From the NCBI RefSeq assembly GCF_001194135.2, contig NC_068982.1, positions 113,794,889 to 113,858,888 of the forward strand: 64,000 nucleotides of DNA, given 5' to 3'. Of this stretch, positions 34,393 to 48,405 are shown piece by piece (the stretch's first letter is position 1; each line of letters begins with the position of its first letter). The notes below the pieces were generated by a model. That model saw only the letters and a program-made list of their open reading frames with translations, searched no databases and was not told where the DNA came from. Made by a program: the position numbers and the translations under genes. This stretch comes from Octopus bimaculoides (lineage: Eukaryota).

Positions 34393-37300
34393 TTTTGTTT
34401 TGCAGAAAACGGTGTAATTAGTAATGAATTTGCAGTATAGTTGACACTAGCAAATTTTACATCTGAACGAGTAATCCTTTATTTTTCGAAGAGTCAAGGT
34501 GATAGAGGAGCTGATGTGGCTGTATAAGTTCAATAGATCCAAATGTGTCGAAACTGTGATAATTTTTGGTCTGTAACTCATGAGGGATGAATGTGTCCAC
34601 GTCATGTGTGTGTATGTGTGTATGTGTTTTTTGTATTTACCTTCGTTGTCTTTTTCTGCAACATTTTACTATATAAGAAGCTATTTGGACTCATTGAAGT
34701 TTCGAAAACTACATGGTAGTTATCGAAACTTCAAATTTTAAAAAAAAATTCGTATTGCGATTTTTAACGGTCTTCACAGTCACTCCTTTTAACATTGCTA
34801 AGTGTTAGTAAGTTACAAGCCGGACTGAGGGGTATGCTGGAAGTTTCAAAAGACAGCACGCGCACGTGTGAGTCAGTGTGTTCATAGCTTTTCATATTGG
34901 TATAATATTGGTATTATATTAATCATCAGTTTCAGCTGTGGTTACTGATACCTCCGCTGCCTAAATCTAACATTTACTTGTACTCATTACTTCACATATT
35001 TGTATCTATCCACTTGTTGACTAAATGTTGTACGTTTAGCATTAATATAGCATCGATAACCTAAGTAAGCGCGTGTTCCGATCTCCAAGAACCTCGACCA
35101 GTGCCAGTTATCGGTACGGACATGTTCCTCATGTTTGTTGTGTGAGTGTGTAATCAATGTTTTCACGTAAAAAAAAAATCTTAACGTGTATAACCAACTG
35201 TTATTTTCAAGAAACGTAGCCTGTTCTATTGCAAACGGTGTTCATGCGTATGCCTTAGATAAGAATGCAACAACAAGAGGCTTAGTATTGGCTTATATAT
35301 GTGTATGCATTATTTATTTTTTATAGCTATGCATATAATTGAAAAAAAAACCAGTTTTCTGAGATTAATCACAGCTATGTTGGAAAGTAAAGATAACTTT
35401 GAGCATTTCTTTATTTACATAATAATTGTTACTAGTAAGAAGTGATAGTGGTGTTCTTAAATCTTGTTTCACGTGATTTTACTGTTGCTTGATCGAAGTA
35501 AAATGCACAAATAGAAAATTATTAAGTATTTTCTGAATAAGTATGAAACAATGCTGATTTCGTCATGGTTTCTTTAAATTTTGGTTCTCATTGAAAATTT
35601 TTGAATCAATGTTCTAACGTACCAAAAGTAGAAAAGGGCCAAATCTAAAATGAGCAATGGCCAGTTTCTCTTTTTAAATACAAATAAATCACAGAAAATA
35701 TCAAGAAATATAGTACGTCACGAAATATATTCGATTAGTTCAACCAAATAGTGTTATTTCTAGTCACATATAAAAACTATCTACTCGCACTACATTTGTA
35801 ATGAGCGGCTCACATCTTTTTAATAACACCTGGGTATCATTTCCTAATTCTAAATGCCAGATGTCAATAAAAAAGAATAATTTAAAACGCATACACATCT
35901 TCCTCACCTTTACATATAACCCCCCATTATTTTGAAACTTTTCTTATATTATTCCTAGAATAAATATCTAAAGTTTCCAATTTCTAGTTCTTGAGAAAAA
36001 TTCTTTTAAATCTACAGTTGTCAGTTTTATCTCGGAACGCTTATTATTATTATTATTATTAGACCAAATAGTTTATGAACGATACATCTCTTCGGTTTTT
36101 AATTTCTCACTTATTATTTCTTGTTTCTATTTTTACCTCACTGTTCCCCTGGTTTCCAACGAGCACATTCTATTTCTATGTTTTCCTGTTGTTTATCTGT
36201 GTTTTCCTCGTTGAAAGTAAATCCAAATGCCAAATAAACTCCCTTATTTAGATTAGTAATGTGAAAAATATTAAGATGTTTGAGTTTGTATAGATAATTC
36301 TGTAGTGGGAAGTGGTAGGAGAAAGAAACTATCTTATAAAATGGATGGAGGTCAGGATAGTAATAAGATTTATTAGGAGCAGCCGTCCAGCTTCCTGGTG
36401 TTACTATGGTACCATACACAGTAGAGACAGCAGTAAAGATTTCAGAAACTTTTCATGTTTTCCTTTTTCTTATTCATGTGGTTCCTTATTTTAATTCGTT
36501 TGAAAATAAATACATCGTTAAGGAATGATTTGTTTTTGCCTCATCACGACTTCCCGCCACTTTCCATCGCTTTATATTAATGTTTATAAGCTTAAATAGT
36601 GAGGAATAGACCATGATAGTTATTCAAACAAATTTCTCACTTCCTCTCTGAAGGAACTGATTATTTCTATGCTAACGGAACAGTCAAGTTCTAACTTAGT
36701 GATTTTTATTTCCTTAGCATAAGTTCAATATTATATTCTGTCCCTTGTCTTCTCTTTCCTCTCTGGTAATTTAAAAACAATTCTAACCGCACCAGATTTC
36801 TCTAGAAACCTTGTTTCTTTTCTTTCAGAAACATGTGCTACCTGACATTTTGAAATATTTTTATCTAAATATATTTGTTTTCATCTTGTGCATATACATA
36901 CATGACTTCTCATGCCCATTAAGTTGGGGTTACCAAGGGCTTTCTTACAAGTTTATACAGGAAAGAAATATTTTCTCCTCTCTCTCTTTATTTTCTCTCA
37001 GAATTAATCATCTTATAAACACGTTGATACCCACTATGATTCTTAACATCGGTGGGGAAATGGTTTGCGAACAAATTATAAACACATGAAAGCTATTTTA
37101 AAATGTTAGTTCTAAAAACGTTTGAATTTAATTTCATTATTTGAGGGTTATAGTTTGAAATTCCAAGATAAACGTTAAACAACAACAACAACAAAAAAAA
37201 AGCAACAACTCAGAATTCTAAGAAGATTCATTATCAGAAAATTGAATTTAAAAAGGATCGCAGGAATTAGCAAGTAAATGTATCCCTCTATATTCCGGGT

Positions 37301-37564
37301 GGTACTGGGGTGTGTTTAGAATGACGCAGCGTAACAACAGTATGAAGTTCCTTAAAAGAAGTCTTCGATCGTTCATGTATACAGCAAACCCCTTTCTCTT
37401 TGGCTTTAATAGGTATAGTATATTTATTCTTATTTACTATATTCCTTCGTTTTTTGCTTTTTTTTATTATCTGAATTGCTTTCTCTCTTTATGTATTTAC
37501 ATGCGCATCTTTGTATCAATTACATTGTTGTGGAACAATCTGATAATTTAAGAAGTCCAAGACT

Positions 37565-37612
<48 letters not shown>

Positions 37613-38034
37613 AAGAGTGACATGCACTGGAAACCAGACTATCCTACCGAGCCGGTTTTCATTAACATGATAATTATTCTTTTAGTGAAAGAACATAAGC
37701 GTCACATTTACTCCAGTTTGTAAATATCAAGCATTTTCTAACACGCGCTTACAATCGCACACACACGCATGTATGCATGTATACACACGAGCTTAAAGTT
37801 TGCTTGGAGACTCAAGACGTGTTATCAAGACCTGCCGAGACACACGTCTCCAAAGCAAGAAACTATTAGTATCTTTATATTGTGTACATTAAGTGATATT
37901 TATCTCTCACTGGATGGAGTACTTTTTTTGTTAATCTTACGTACGTTCTGTTTCTATAAGTGGAACTAAGAGAACTCATTACAGAAATTAGAGTTTATGT
38001 AATCTCTGTTAGCTAAGAATATTACAGGTGTTAG

Positions 38035-38260
38035 AAGGCGGCGGGTTGGCAGAAACGTTAGCACGCCGGGCGAAATACTTAGCGGTATTTCATCTGTCTT
38101 TATGTTCTGAGTTCAAATTCCGCCGAGGTCGACTTTGCCTTTCATCCTTTCGGGTTCGATAAATTAAGTACCATTTGCGTACTGGGGTCGATCTAATCGA
38201 TTTGCCCTCTCCCCCCTCCACCAAAAACAAATTTCGTGCCTTGTTCCTAGAGTAGAAAAG
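38035..38260 (+). mobile_element. SINE family A, full length, with 17-bp TSD
   Basis: A box tggcagaaacg, B box gttcaaattcc. TSD aatattacaggtgttag (38018-38034) / aatattacaagtgttag (38261-38277). Confidence 0.95.
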
Positions 38261-38849
38261 AATATTACAAGTGTTAGTCAAGCGCCTGGAGTTTCGTATC
38301 GAGGCATTTATGAACACATAGTGACTTGGTAAGTGCTTTGATACGGAACTTGAGTAATTCCTGTGGAATTCTCAGTTAATAAACGGCATCTATGCGGTGT
38401 GTGTGTGCTTCTATTGAGAAGTGTTATGTGCATAAGTAAAAATAGAGAAATTAGTAAAATTATGATTATTATTATTTCTAAATTTCTCTGATACTTAATT
38501 ATGCACTTATAACATTATAAATGCCAGTTTTCACCATCTGCATTGTAGTTGGAATGTGTCTTGATTATTTTGATAATGTATGATATATTTGTTGTTGATC
38601 TACATATTGCTTAAATCGTTGATATTTTATTAAATGTCATTCTTGCTTTCAATTGGCATTTCCCCTATATATCATACAGTTGTTAAAAAAAAAAGCAACA
38701 ATTTACTCTAAATTATATATATATATTTTTTCTAAACTCATTGATTTATCACATTTTTTTCCTATTTTAACTGCTACATACACCAAAATATTATCATATG
38801 TATACATACTCATGCATATGTCGTAACTATAACATGAATGCCGATTGTA

Positions 38850-39180
38850 TGAATTTTAGGGACGAGGGACTGTCGAATATATCATCTTTGGGGCAATGAA
38901 AAGTGAATTCATCGTCATCGGCGCGATTTGAACTTCTAATATAAAGGGACATAACTAAATCCGCTAAGTATTTTTCTTTTGCTCCATCGACTTTTTTTTT
39001 TTTTTACCATACATTACTTTTAATGATAATGATTTCTGACTTAGTTCCAAAATCTCCAATATGTTAGGTAGAAGAGTTGATTTAATGACTCTCCTCCCAC
39101 CCTACCCCGAAATAATTTTATTGACTTCAAAGTGTCGAAAGGCAAAATCGACTTCAGAGGGATTTGAACTGTAAAAATAA
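38850..39180 (-). mobile_element. Two decayed SINE family A fragments
   Basis: gatttgaacttc...gctaag and gaaaggcaaaatcgacttc...gatttgaac cores. Confidence 0.6.
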
Positions 39181-40019
39181 ACGGACGTAACTTTAGGAAA
39201 AAAAAAAAAGCGTACTATCAATACGAAATATATCATACATACACAGAGAATTCTCAAAGAGAACTTATGTCGAACTCTTCAAAATTTTCATGACCTGAGT
39301 TATTGTTCTCTCTTTCTTTCCGACTGTTCGTGACGATATCCTTTCAACACACGTGACTGTTTCCTTCCCATATTCACTGTATAACAATGTAGACGATCTT
39401 TTTTTGTTTGTAAACACTTGTCCTCCTTGTTCTCTTTCACCTCCACACTATTCACATTGTTTACCCACTTCAGTTCATCCTTGACAACGAAAGACTTAGA
39501 GACTAAGCAAAAGAATAAAAATATAACATAAATGATAATAACAAAAGACTGATTTCCTTGCTGCTTCAAAAAATATGATTTAAATATTAAAACACTAAAC
39601 TAGTTCTATGTTTACCAATGTTATAAATCAAAACTATTTCTAGGATTATTTATTGTTTATTAAGAAATCCACTGGTTAAATTTATCATATTCTAACATTT
39701 TAGTGGGTACTCAAACTGGTGTTTCTTACAGAGATACAAGGTCTGAGAATTATAGCAGGAATCAAGAATTGGTAACGTCGTGATGGTCTAAGGCGGTGTG
39801 CATTAGTTTAAAAATATAAGCAACAATATTGTTAATATTTTATTTACTAGTACTTCATCGAAACATATGCCTTGTTTTACAATATCAGAATGTAAAGTTG
39901 GTAAAACTTTATAACTTTAAAGATTCCCTCTGCTTTAATTAACTTAAATATAAATAAAGTTGGATAAAATATTTTAGAATTTGACTTTATCATTAGCGTT
40001 TTCAAATTGCTTTGCAGTA

Positions 40020-40375
40020 TTTCTTTCGCTTTTATGTTCTGAGTTCAAATTCCGCAGAAACCGACTTAACCTTTCATCTATTCCAGGTCGATAGAACAAG
40101 TACCAGGCAAGTACTGAGGTCGATGCAATCGACTAACCTCCTACCTATCCCGAAATTTCAGGCCTTGTGCCTGTATTAGAATGGGTTATTAGCATTGTCA
40201 AAGAAGGCAGAATTGGTAGAATGGTCGAAAGAATGTTTTGTAGTATTCCTTTTGGTTCTTAACGTTCTATTCCCGCCGAAGAACTTAAGCTTATCGAGCC
40301 GTAGGGAAGACGATAGTTTCAACAAATCCCTCACCTAAAAATTGCTGGCCTTGTGTTAAAATTATAAACAGTTAT
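40020..40375 (+). mobile_element. Two SINE family A fragments (40020-40195, 40255-40375)
   Basis: ttctgagttcaaattcc...ctttcatc...ggtcgat...ggccttgtg. Confidence 0.75.
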
Positions 40376-40469
40376 TAATACTGTGACGTCAACAAAGACT
40401 GGATTAGCTTGTCACACATTTTTGTCAGTAACCTCGGTTGATTTTGAGCCAAATTTGCCTATAATTGCT

Positions 40470-40680
40470 GTCATTGTTTCGCCTCAAGTCAACTCCGATC
40501 AGGCAGACCTGCAGTCAAATGCGCTCTATTCTTGACCATCTCGTCTATTGTTTGAACACAGTGTATCTAGAACTACATTACCCAATTACCCAATGTGTTC
40601 TTTTTTAAAGAGACTACACGAGATTGAAGCTATCATAACTACTATTTCTCGTTGGCCGTATAATTACTTTGATTGAATCA
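40470..40680 (-). mobile_element. Family F, decayed
   Basis: gcagacct...tcaaatg...gaccatc...tgtatctag.actacatta...caatgtgttc. Confidence 0.55.
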
Positions 40681-40895
40681 CAATGTAGACTTGTAGAATA
40701 AATACAGGCTGTTTCTGTTTTTATATACCAGAATATGAAGATATTGCAAGTGAGAAGTGACTGTTATATACCAATTTAATTCGTTTTAGAAATTACTTCT
40801 GTCAAGCTATGGTGCAAAATATATACTGTATTTATACTGTATTTTTATAGTGACATACACAGCAAAGTTAGTGAGAAAGTATCTAAGTAATTACT

Positions 40896-41262
40896 TGTTG
40901 GCACTCCGTCGCTTACGACGTCGAGGGTTCCAGTTGATCCGATCCACGGAACAGCCTGCTAGGGAAATTAACGTGCAAGTGGCTGAGTATTCCACAGGCA
41001 CGTGTACCTTTGACGTAGTTCTCGGGGATATTCAGCGTGACACAGTGTGACAAGGCTGGTCCTTTTAATTACAGGTACAGCAGAAACAGGAAGTAAGAGT
41101 GAGAGAAAGTTGTGGTGAAAGAGTACAGCAGGGTTCGCCACCATCCCCTGCCGGAGCCTCGTGGAGCTTTAGGTGTTTTCGCTCAACGCCCAGTCTGGGA
41201 ATCGAAACCGCGATCCTATGACCGCGAGTCTGCTGCCCTAACCACTGGACCATTGCGCCTCC
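40896..41262 (-). mobile_element. tRNA-derived SINE family C with 11-bp TSD
   Basis: Minus strand ggaggcgcaatggtccagtggttaggg...ggtttcgattccc; 3' end ...gagtgccaaca. TSD aagtaattact at 40885-40895 and 41263-41273. Confidence 0.92.
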
Positions 41263-42469
41263 AAGTAATTACTATTCAACAACTAAATCTTTGGAATAGC
41301 ATCCTGGAGCCTTAGAAAAGAAGGCCTTTTCGATAATATCGTTCTTCGTGCATGTAATTGAGAAACAAGACGAGATGGTCACGCCAGAATACGTTTTGAT
41401 CACAGGTCTGTCCGTTTAATCAAAGGAGCCAGGGATCTGAAAAGCAGAACAACACATCTTAATGCTATTTGCGATGGTTACAGGTTATGAATTAATACAT
41501 TCAGATAATGAAGCTAAGTCCCTGATATAAATGAAACTGTTAGCAGATAGTGTCAAAACGAAGTGTGTGTGTGTGTGCGCGCTCTCAATAGTTGTAGGTG
41601 GGGTTTAGAGGCTTTTTGCACCTTTTGAAGTTCGTTTGAGTTGCTAATAGAATTGGTTGAATCGGCTAGTAATTTTAGCCCTTAGAACTTGCTCTCAGAA
41701 TATTGCCAAGTACTCTTGGTAAGTAACTCTGGCTAATTTTCAAACCCCAGTTAAAATACAGAAATATTATATTTCAATTTCGTACTTACTTTTTCTTTTT
41801 ATTTGTACTTTTTAAACGTTAGATTTATCAGAAATTCAGTTTTTGGTAACAGTAATTCATATTTTATTTGCTTATAAATATACTACATTGGAAACCCAAT
41901 TCTTAAGCCAACTATTTGTGATGATAAATTTATCTAATAAACATTTTATGTTCGGTTTCTTCTATTTTCCATTCTCGAAACAGCTCATTAATAAAACAGT
42001 TTTTTTTAGTTTTGTTTTTATCAAATGTGTAATGTATCGTTAGTCATTGTAAGGTTTGACGCTAAGCTATAATACAAGGTATCTTCAGCTTTATAGATTT
42101 AGAGTGAGCTTTAATGACAGAAACAAAATAAAAACGGAAATAAATAAAAGAAAAAATCTGATTTCTTTTATTCTACGAGACGTTAGCAGCTAATTCATTT
42201 CGTTGAAGATAAACCATGTTAATTTAACTAGAAATCACCAGCTTTCATTACACTCCCACATAAACTGCTACTTTTTCCTCCTACATATCTGAAGATAATG
42301 GCTTGTCACATGTTTACTGTGTGCGCACACACGTGTGTGTGTGTTTATTTTGTCAACTAAACGAAATATCATTGCTACAAAATGAATTACTCTGATGAGA
42401 TAAGAATTTTGGTCAACACAAGAGTTACATTTTTATGAATCGTCTTCCAAAATGTCTTACTGTTATGAT

Positions 42470-42590
42470 TCCTATTTAGCTCCAGATCAGTCTGGATCCA
42501 GTAGTTCTTAGGCCAAACATTTTCGACCTGTGACTATTTCATGATATATCTAGGATAACTTTATGCAATGTGCTTTCTTTTTTTTTTTTG
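42470..42590 (-). mobile_element. Family F 3' part
   Basis: tttagctccagatcagtctg...atatctagga...caatgtg. Confidence 0.55.
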
Positions 42591-42600
42591 TTCCCTATAA

Positions 42601-42985
42601 GCGCAGGAGTGGCTGTGTGATAAGTAGCTTGCTTACCAGCCACATGGTTCCGGGTTCATTCCCACTGTGTGGCACCTTGGGCAAGTGTCTTCTACTATAG
42701 CCTCGAGCCGACCAAAGCCTTGTGAGTGGATTTGGTAGATGGAAACTGAAAGAAGCCCGTCCTATATATATATATGTATGTGTGTGTGTATATGTTTGTG
42801 TGACTGTGTTTGTTCACCACCCTCAACATCGCATGACAACCGATGGTGGGGTGTTTGCGCCTCTGTAACTTAGTGGTTCGGCAAAAGAGACCGATAGAAT
42901 AAGTACTAGGCTTACAAAGAATAAATCTCGCGGTGCTCCAGCATGGCTGCAGTCAAATGACTGAAACAAAAGAGTAAAATAGAGT
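42601..42985 (+). mobile_element. SINE family B, full length
   Basis: High identity to 6091-6503. Confidence 0.93.
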
Positions 42986-43375
42986 ACACAAAGCCCGAAA
43001 TTTTGGGGGAAGGACCAGTCGATTAGATCGACACCAGTACACAACTGGTACTCAAGGATGAAAGGCAAAGTCGACTTCGGCGTAATTTGAACTCTGAGCG
43101 TAAAGACAGACGAAATACCGCTAAGTATTTCGCCCGGCGTGCTAACGTTTCTGATTTCTTTATTGCCCACAAGGGGCTAAACATAGATGGCACAAACAAG
43201 GGGATTAAGTCGATTACAACAACCCCAGTGCGTAACTGGTACTTAATTTATCGACTCCGAAAGGATGAAAGGCAAAGTCGACCTCGGTGGAATTTGAACT
43301 CGGAACGTAACGGCAGACGAAATACCGCTAAGCATTTCGTCCGGTGTGCTAACGTGTCTGCCAGCTCGCCGCCTT
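42986..43375 (-). mobile_element. Two tandem SINE family A copies (42986-43153; 43154-43375, variant tail)
   Basis: Both contain ggatgaaaggcaaagtcgac...aataccgctaag...gctaacg. Confidence 0.92.
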
Positions 43376-45322
43376 GCTTGTAACATGTATTGTTATATAT
43401 AGAAATATATATATATAATGTGTGTGTGTGTCTTATATAATAAACAATGTGATTCTGTTCGATATCGCGCTGGTGAAGAAGTGAGTAGTAGTTGGAGATG
43501 TTAAATGTAAGGGAGGAGGAAAATGAAAAGATTATAAATACTGTGGCTTGAGTAGCGGCTATTTTGCTCAAAATGAAACTGCAAATTTATGTTTGAAATG
43601 TTGCGAAAGATATTTTTCACTCTTTTCATAAAAAAAAATGCATGAAAGTATTGAAAACAAAATGGTACGTATTGATTTTAAAGAAGTTCACACCTGTAAA
43701 CATACATATTCGTATACATTCACAGACACACACACACCTTCGTCTGTCTACTGTTGGTGTATTACAGAGGACGAAACCTTATAATACCTTTTTCCTTGAA
43801 TCTGTTACAGTTTCTCCTAAAACATGATTCGTTTTTGTCAAAGGTTTATGTTGTACTTGTTTCGCTCGGAATGTTATTGGTACTACATATTTAGATTTAC
43901 AAGAAAGCCATGCCATCCATCTGTCACTAGCTAGTTTTAAATGCGATGCTGTGTGGAGAAAGGAACTGCAACTATGACGTCATCACAGATTGGTGAGGCT
44001 CGTGTGCCTGATGCCTATCCAGAACACATAACAGTCAATTTCTGTAGGAAATAGTGGAGCCATGGTGTAATCTAGGAGAGAGGTCCGAATGCTAGCAAAA
44101 GAGACAACTCCTCTGAAGGTTGCCACAACAGATGATATTTTTTTAATTGTGAAATAGATCAAATAGTTTCATGGGGTTTTTTTTTCCGTATAATACCGGT
44201 CCTCATTTTCTCAATCCTGATTTTAATTTAAAACGTGTATGATTAACTTGAGGTCACAAAGTATTCTGCTTCTCATTGTTTCCTTAAAAAAAGAGAAAAG
44301 TAACTTTAAAATCAGAACACTATGTATCTGTAACATTTAACCTGGTATGAGGATTACTAGCGAAGTGTGATGTTTACAAGAAGCTATACTGTTTTATCAC
44401 TGGTTTATGGCTGCCGTTTGTAATTCTAAATAAATTGTGGGATTGTTGTTTCTTTATAATCGATCCATATTCAACATCTAAAAACAAGGCTCAAAAGCTT
44501 CGGGAGCAATGCGACTAATTAGATTAATTAATCTTTCGTTTGAAGCGTTTCTGACCGACTCTAACGAAGAATATTAACTGAATTGCTTTTGGCTCAATTA
44601 TTCCAACCAAAGTGATATGCATTGGTGCTTCTTAATAATTATTAAACATTAAAACAAAAAATCCTATTTCGAGACAATGTATCCTGACATTATTTTGTCT
44701 AAAATAATGACTACTATTATTTTTAATGATGAAAATTACTCAGATCGTATTTTTTTCTTTTTTCATCATTTTGGTAGTGTGTGTGTATGGACTTAATAGT
44801 ATATTTTTAAAACTATTTCCTGGAATCAAATCTATATGTTGGATGGCCACTCACTAAAGCAGGAAATTAACGGGAAAAATCTCAATTAGTTATTTCTTTA
44901 AAGACTGATGCAACTAAAGTAATACAACAAACATAGTTAAAAAAAAAAAAGAGTTTCTGTTTATTTGATTATACAGTTTGAATGAGCAAACTTTACTGTA
45001 AGACATATTCACGTGTGCATTTATGGTATTTAATCATGAATTATATCCACTTGCAAGTGGATATAATTATAAATATGCGTGTGTGATGAATGTTTTGCGA
45101 GATCACTGCATAGTTTTGTGCGTGATTGATTAGTATATTACAAAGTTCCAAGCTTATTACTCGAGAATCTTGAATGCTGTTTTTAATAATAATTTGATTT
45201 GGATGAAGAAAATTGAGTTACCAAAGATATGTTGAGTGCATACGTGTCTGTAAGAACGACCGTGCGAACCAAAAAGAGAAATGGTGACGAATGGAAAATA
45301 GGCTCCTTTTTTAAACGCGTCA

Positions 45323-46209
45323 CACGGTCGCCATAAAATAGAATGAAATATGTTATAATACTATAACAGAGAACTAAGAAGTTTGCCAGGAAGGACAACA
45401 TATAGAAACGCAACCGTATGAGATGAATAACAGTAGGATTTATTGGAGCATTAAACTGTATGTCTGTGTGTGAGTGAATGCGACATAATAAAACACAATA
45501 TAAGACTGGCCGTCATGTAAACAAAAGAGTGTGTATACAAATGTATGTATGTGTATGTAAGAGTTACATAGTCAGTAACACGGATAAGGAAATACCAGTT
45601 CAGTTGAGGTACACAGTTAGATTGTAGGTCTGTATGTAAGAGGTTAAGGTTAAGGCAGAGCGGTCACTTGTCGTGATGTTGAGGCTTCTATGCTGGGCCG
45701 GATTCTTGAATACAGATGTTCTTCGCAGGCTGAATTCTGGCTGTTAATTTCGTGGTGAGCAAATCACACAAACAGAGTTGAGAAGAGGTGGTTGTTTGGT
45801 AGCTTGTGTACGTGTAGAAGTCATGTTGACGCTGGCGACGGTGAGGGCGATGCTTGTAGTTCGTAGTTGAAGTGGTTGTTGATGTCGTCGCTGGAAAACT
45901 GGCTGGCTGTGTTACGCGTGTTGTCAGCGACCAGATCTGTGAGGATCTGAGTCGTGACGAATTGCCGCGGATAATTTAGGCTATTTATAGATACAGATAG
46001 GCTCCAGAGACCATTAGAAAAACACTCTATCACGTGACCTTATTAGGGGCTACGGTTGGTCGGTTTGCGTCCTGGCGGCAAATGGAGTGGAGACAATTGC
46101 TGCGTAAATAAAAGTCAGTCAGGTGATGACACAGCAGGCGGGAATAAGTTGTTTTCTATTACGCTCGCATTTGTTTATATATAAACGTAAGAGAGGTAGT
46201 TTCACTACA
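45323..46209 (-). mobile_element. Probable Ty3/Gypsy 5' LTR plus tRNA-Arg primer binding site
   Basis: Minus strand starts TGTAGT (46209); TATA ctataaata (45990-45982); AATAAA (45444-45439); ...ATAACA (45351); then TGGCGACCGTG (45333-45323). CpG-rich. The 17-nt CA-to-PBS spacing is atypical. Confidence 0.55.
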
Positions 46210-47244
46210 TGTCATACAAAACTCTTGCTTTTCTAAATATTGGAACTATCTATCGTTTAGTTTGTTTAGGAATATAATACTGGAAGGGCGCCAGAAAACA
46301 GCATCACATATTTTAGGTAAATGTCTTTCACCAGGAAGCTTTTATTGTTTTCGTGTTTAGCAAAAACTGTATTGATCTTGCTTTTATTTTCAGTGTGGTG
46401 TAGTGATTTTTATGTTAAGATCGTATTAGCTGATGAATTTTAATACGTTAAGTGATCACTACTATCGTATCTACTGTGATCCAAATGGAAGATACTCAAT
46501 TAACCTCAGTGTTCCTTATAAAATAACCAACCTCCGAATGTTAACTTGAAGGAGAACATTTAGTTATTCAATTAATCAGTAATAATTATCCCCACTAAAG
46601 GATTTATATGTAAGTTTTTTATATTACAACGCCGTTAGCTTCTGGAGTAGTATTTCTCAAACTAGGTTCCCCTGAGACCTCAGGTATCGCTAGAGCCTCC
46701 TCCCGAAACACTGAATAAAATTGTTAATTATATGCAAATGCATTTTTTTAAACTCGTTTTTGTGCTTAAGTTTTTATTCATAATTTTATTATATGTGCAT
46801 CACATATTCTTCAAGGTAGGGGAATCTTCGTATCTGTAGATAGCAAAGAGATCATACGAGGTAAATAACCTTTTAACTGTGAATTGTGAGGAAATTTAGT
46901 CTTAAAAAGATTTGGGTTAAGATGAAATTTATTAAACTCCTTTTTGTGGTGTCAGGTGAATTTACCACGATCCAAACTTTAGAAAATGGTTTGGGGATTT
47001 CTTGAAAATGGTTTAGGGAAGTCAAATCACCTTCAAATTACACCTTGACGTCTTCAGTAAACAAGAATGCTTTTAAAAATGTAGTTTGTTTTACAAAACG
47101 CGACTGGTGACGACTAGAAAGTCTTTGATCAGAAGTCCTTACAATTAGGTGGGACCGAGGATTAAACAACAGCTATTAATGCTAAAAGCAAGGTTATATA
47201 TACTCTATTATTTAATACATATCTATTTTGGGATTAAAAAAGAA

Positions 47245-47477
47245 GATAAAGATCATTCCCGAGTCATGCAAATTCAAAGGGCCGGTTTCCCAGTTTCCGT
47301 AGCGTATATACTCCCCGCTGGGATGGGACGTCGATTACTCGTTTTTGTCAGCTGTGAGGACTGGGGTAAGGTGAAATGAAGTGTTTTGATGAAGAACACA
47401 ACGCGTCGCCCGGTCCAGGAATCGAAACCACAATTATACGATCATGAGTCCGACACACTAAACCACGCGCCTCCACC
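47245..47477 (-). mobile_element. tRNA-derived SINE family D
   Basis: Minus strand ggtggaggcgcgtgg...ggtttcgattccc...gaaactgggaaaccggccc. Confidence 0.8.
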
Positions 47478-48405
47478 ATTTATTTTTTGAGTTATTATAA
47501 AAATAATTTATAGTTGGTTATATGTTAGTAATGCGTAGTACAAAACGGAGTTTTTTTCTGTTGATGACCAAGATATCGCATCATTAAAACCAACGTAATC
47601 GGCATAGGTTCCTAGCAAGATATATCAAGTAGTGTTTGACTCAAGAGTAGAACGTGAGATGAGATGCAGATATTTCTCAACCGAATTAGCTCACTTTCAT
47701 GGTATATTTACATATTGTGCTTATTAAACCAATCATACAGCAAAACTGAATCCAATTATTCTGTGAACATGTTCCATTTTAGCTGTGTGTGTGTGTGTGT
47801 GTGTGTATAATATATTTAATATATATTTGAGAACTAATAGAGGATAGGAAATGTGAAGAGACTTTCCCGGAATTCAAACGTTTTATAAACCGCTATTTCA
47901 GTTGTATTAAAGACCGGCACAGACTAACTATTAATTTGCCATAATCACAAAAACGTTTTGTAGTCACATAACCACCAACAGATAGTCGAGTATCACACTT
48001 AAATTTGATGTTTTACTACGAAACTTTATCGGGAAATTTGAGTTGTTCTTGAACTGAAGGCTGCCTGTGTATGTGCATATGTGTTTGTTAGTGTGTGTAT
48101 GCGTGTTGCTCTTACTAACAATATACGTGCTTGTAGCACATACAATCACAATTAGTGACGACAAAGTATTGCCGAGCTTAGTTCAGTGTTCTAACTCCAC
48201 AAAGCTCATGATGCAGTTATCTACGCTGTCAGTATATATAAATGTGCTTTTTCGCAACTATAAGTGGTTTAACAGCTATTTCTAGCAATCTAGCAATGTA
48301 TATGCTTGTACCACATATAGTCACAATTAGTGACGGCTAAATTTTGCCTATACGGTTTATATTGCGCCCAGCTGCCCACATTAGTTATATATATATATAT
48401 ATATA

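Noticed and set aside
36138-36419. 93-aa minus-strand ORF
   Set aside because: No domain recognised, AT-rich composition, no supporting gene structure.
43975-43995. TGACGTCA plus ATTGG (CRE/CCAAT-like)
   Set aside because: Short motifs without other promoter evidence.
46630-46920. hAT-type MITE-like ends (tttctcaaactagg...aaaaagatttggg)
   Set aside because: TIRs and 8-bp TSD could not be established.
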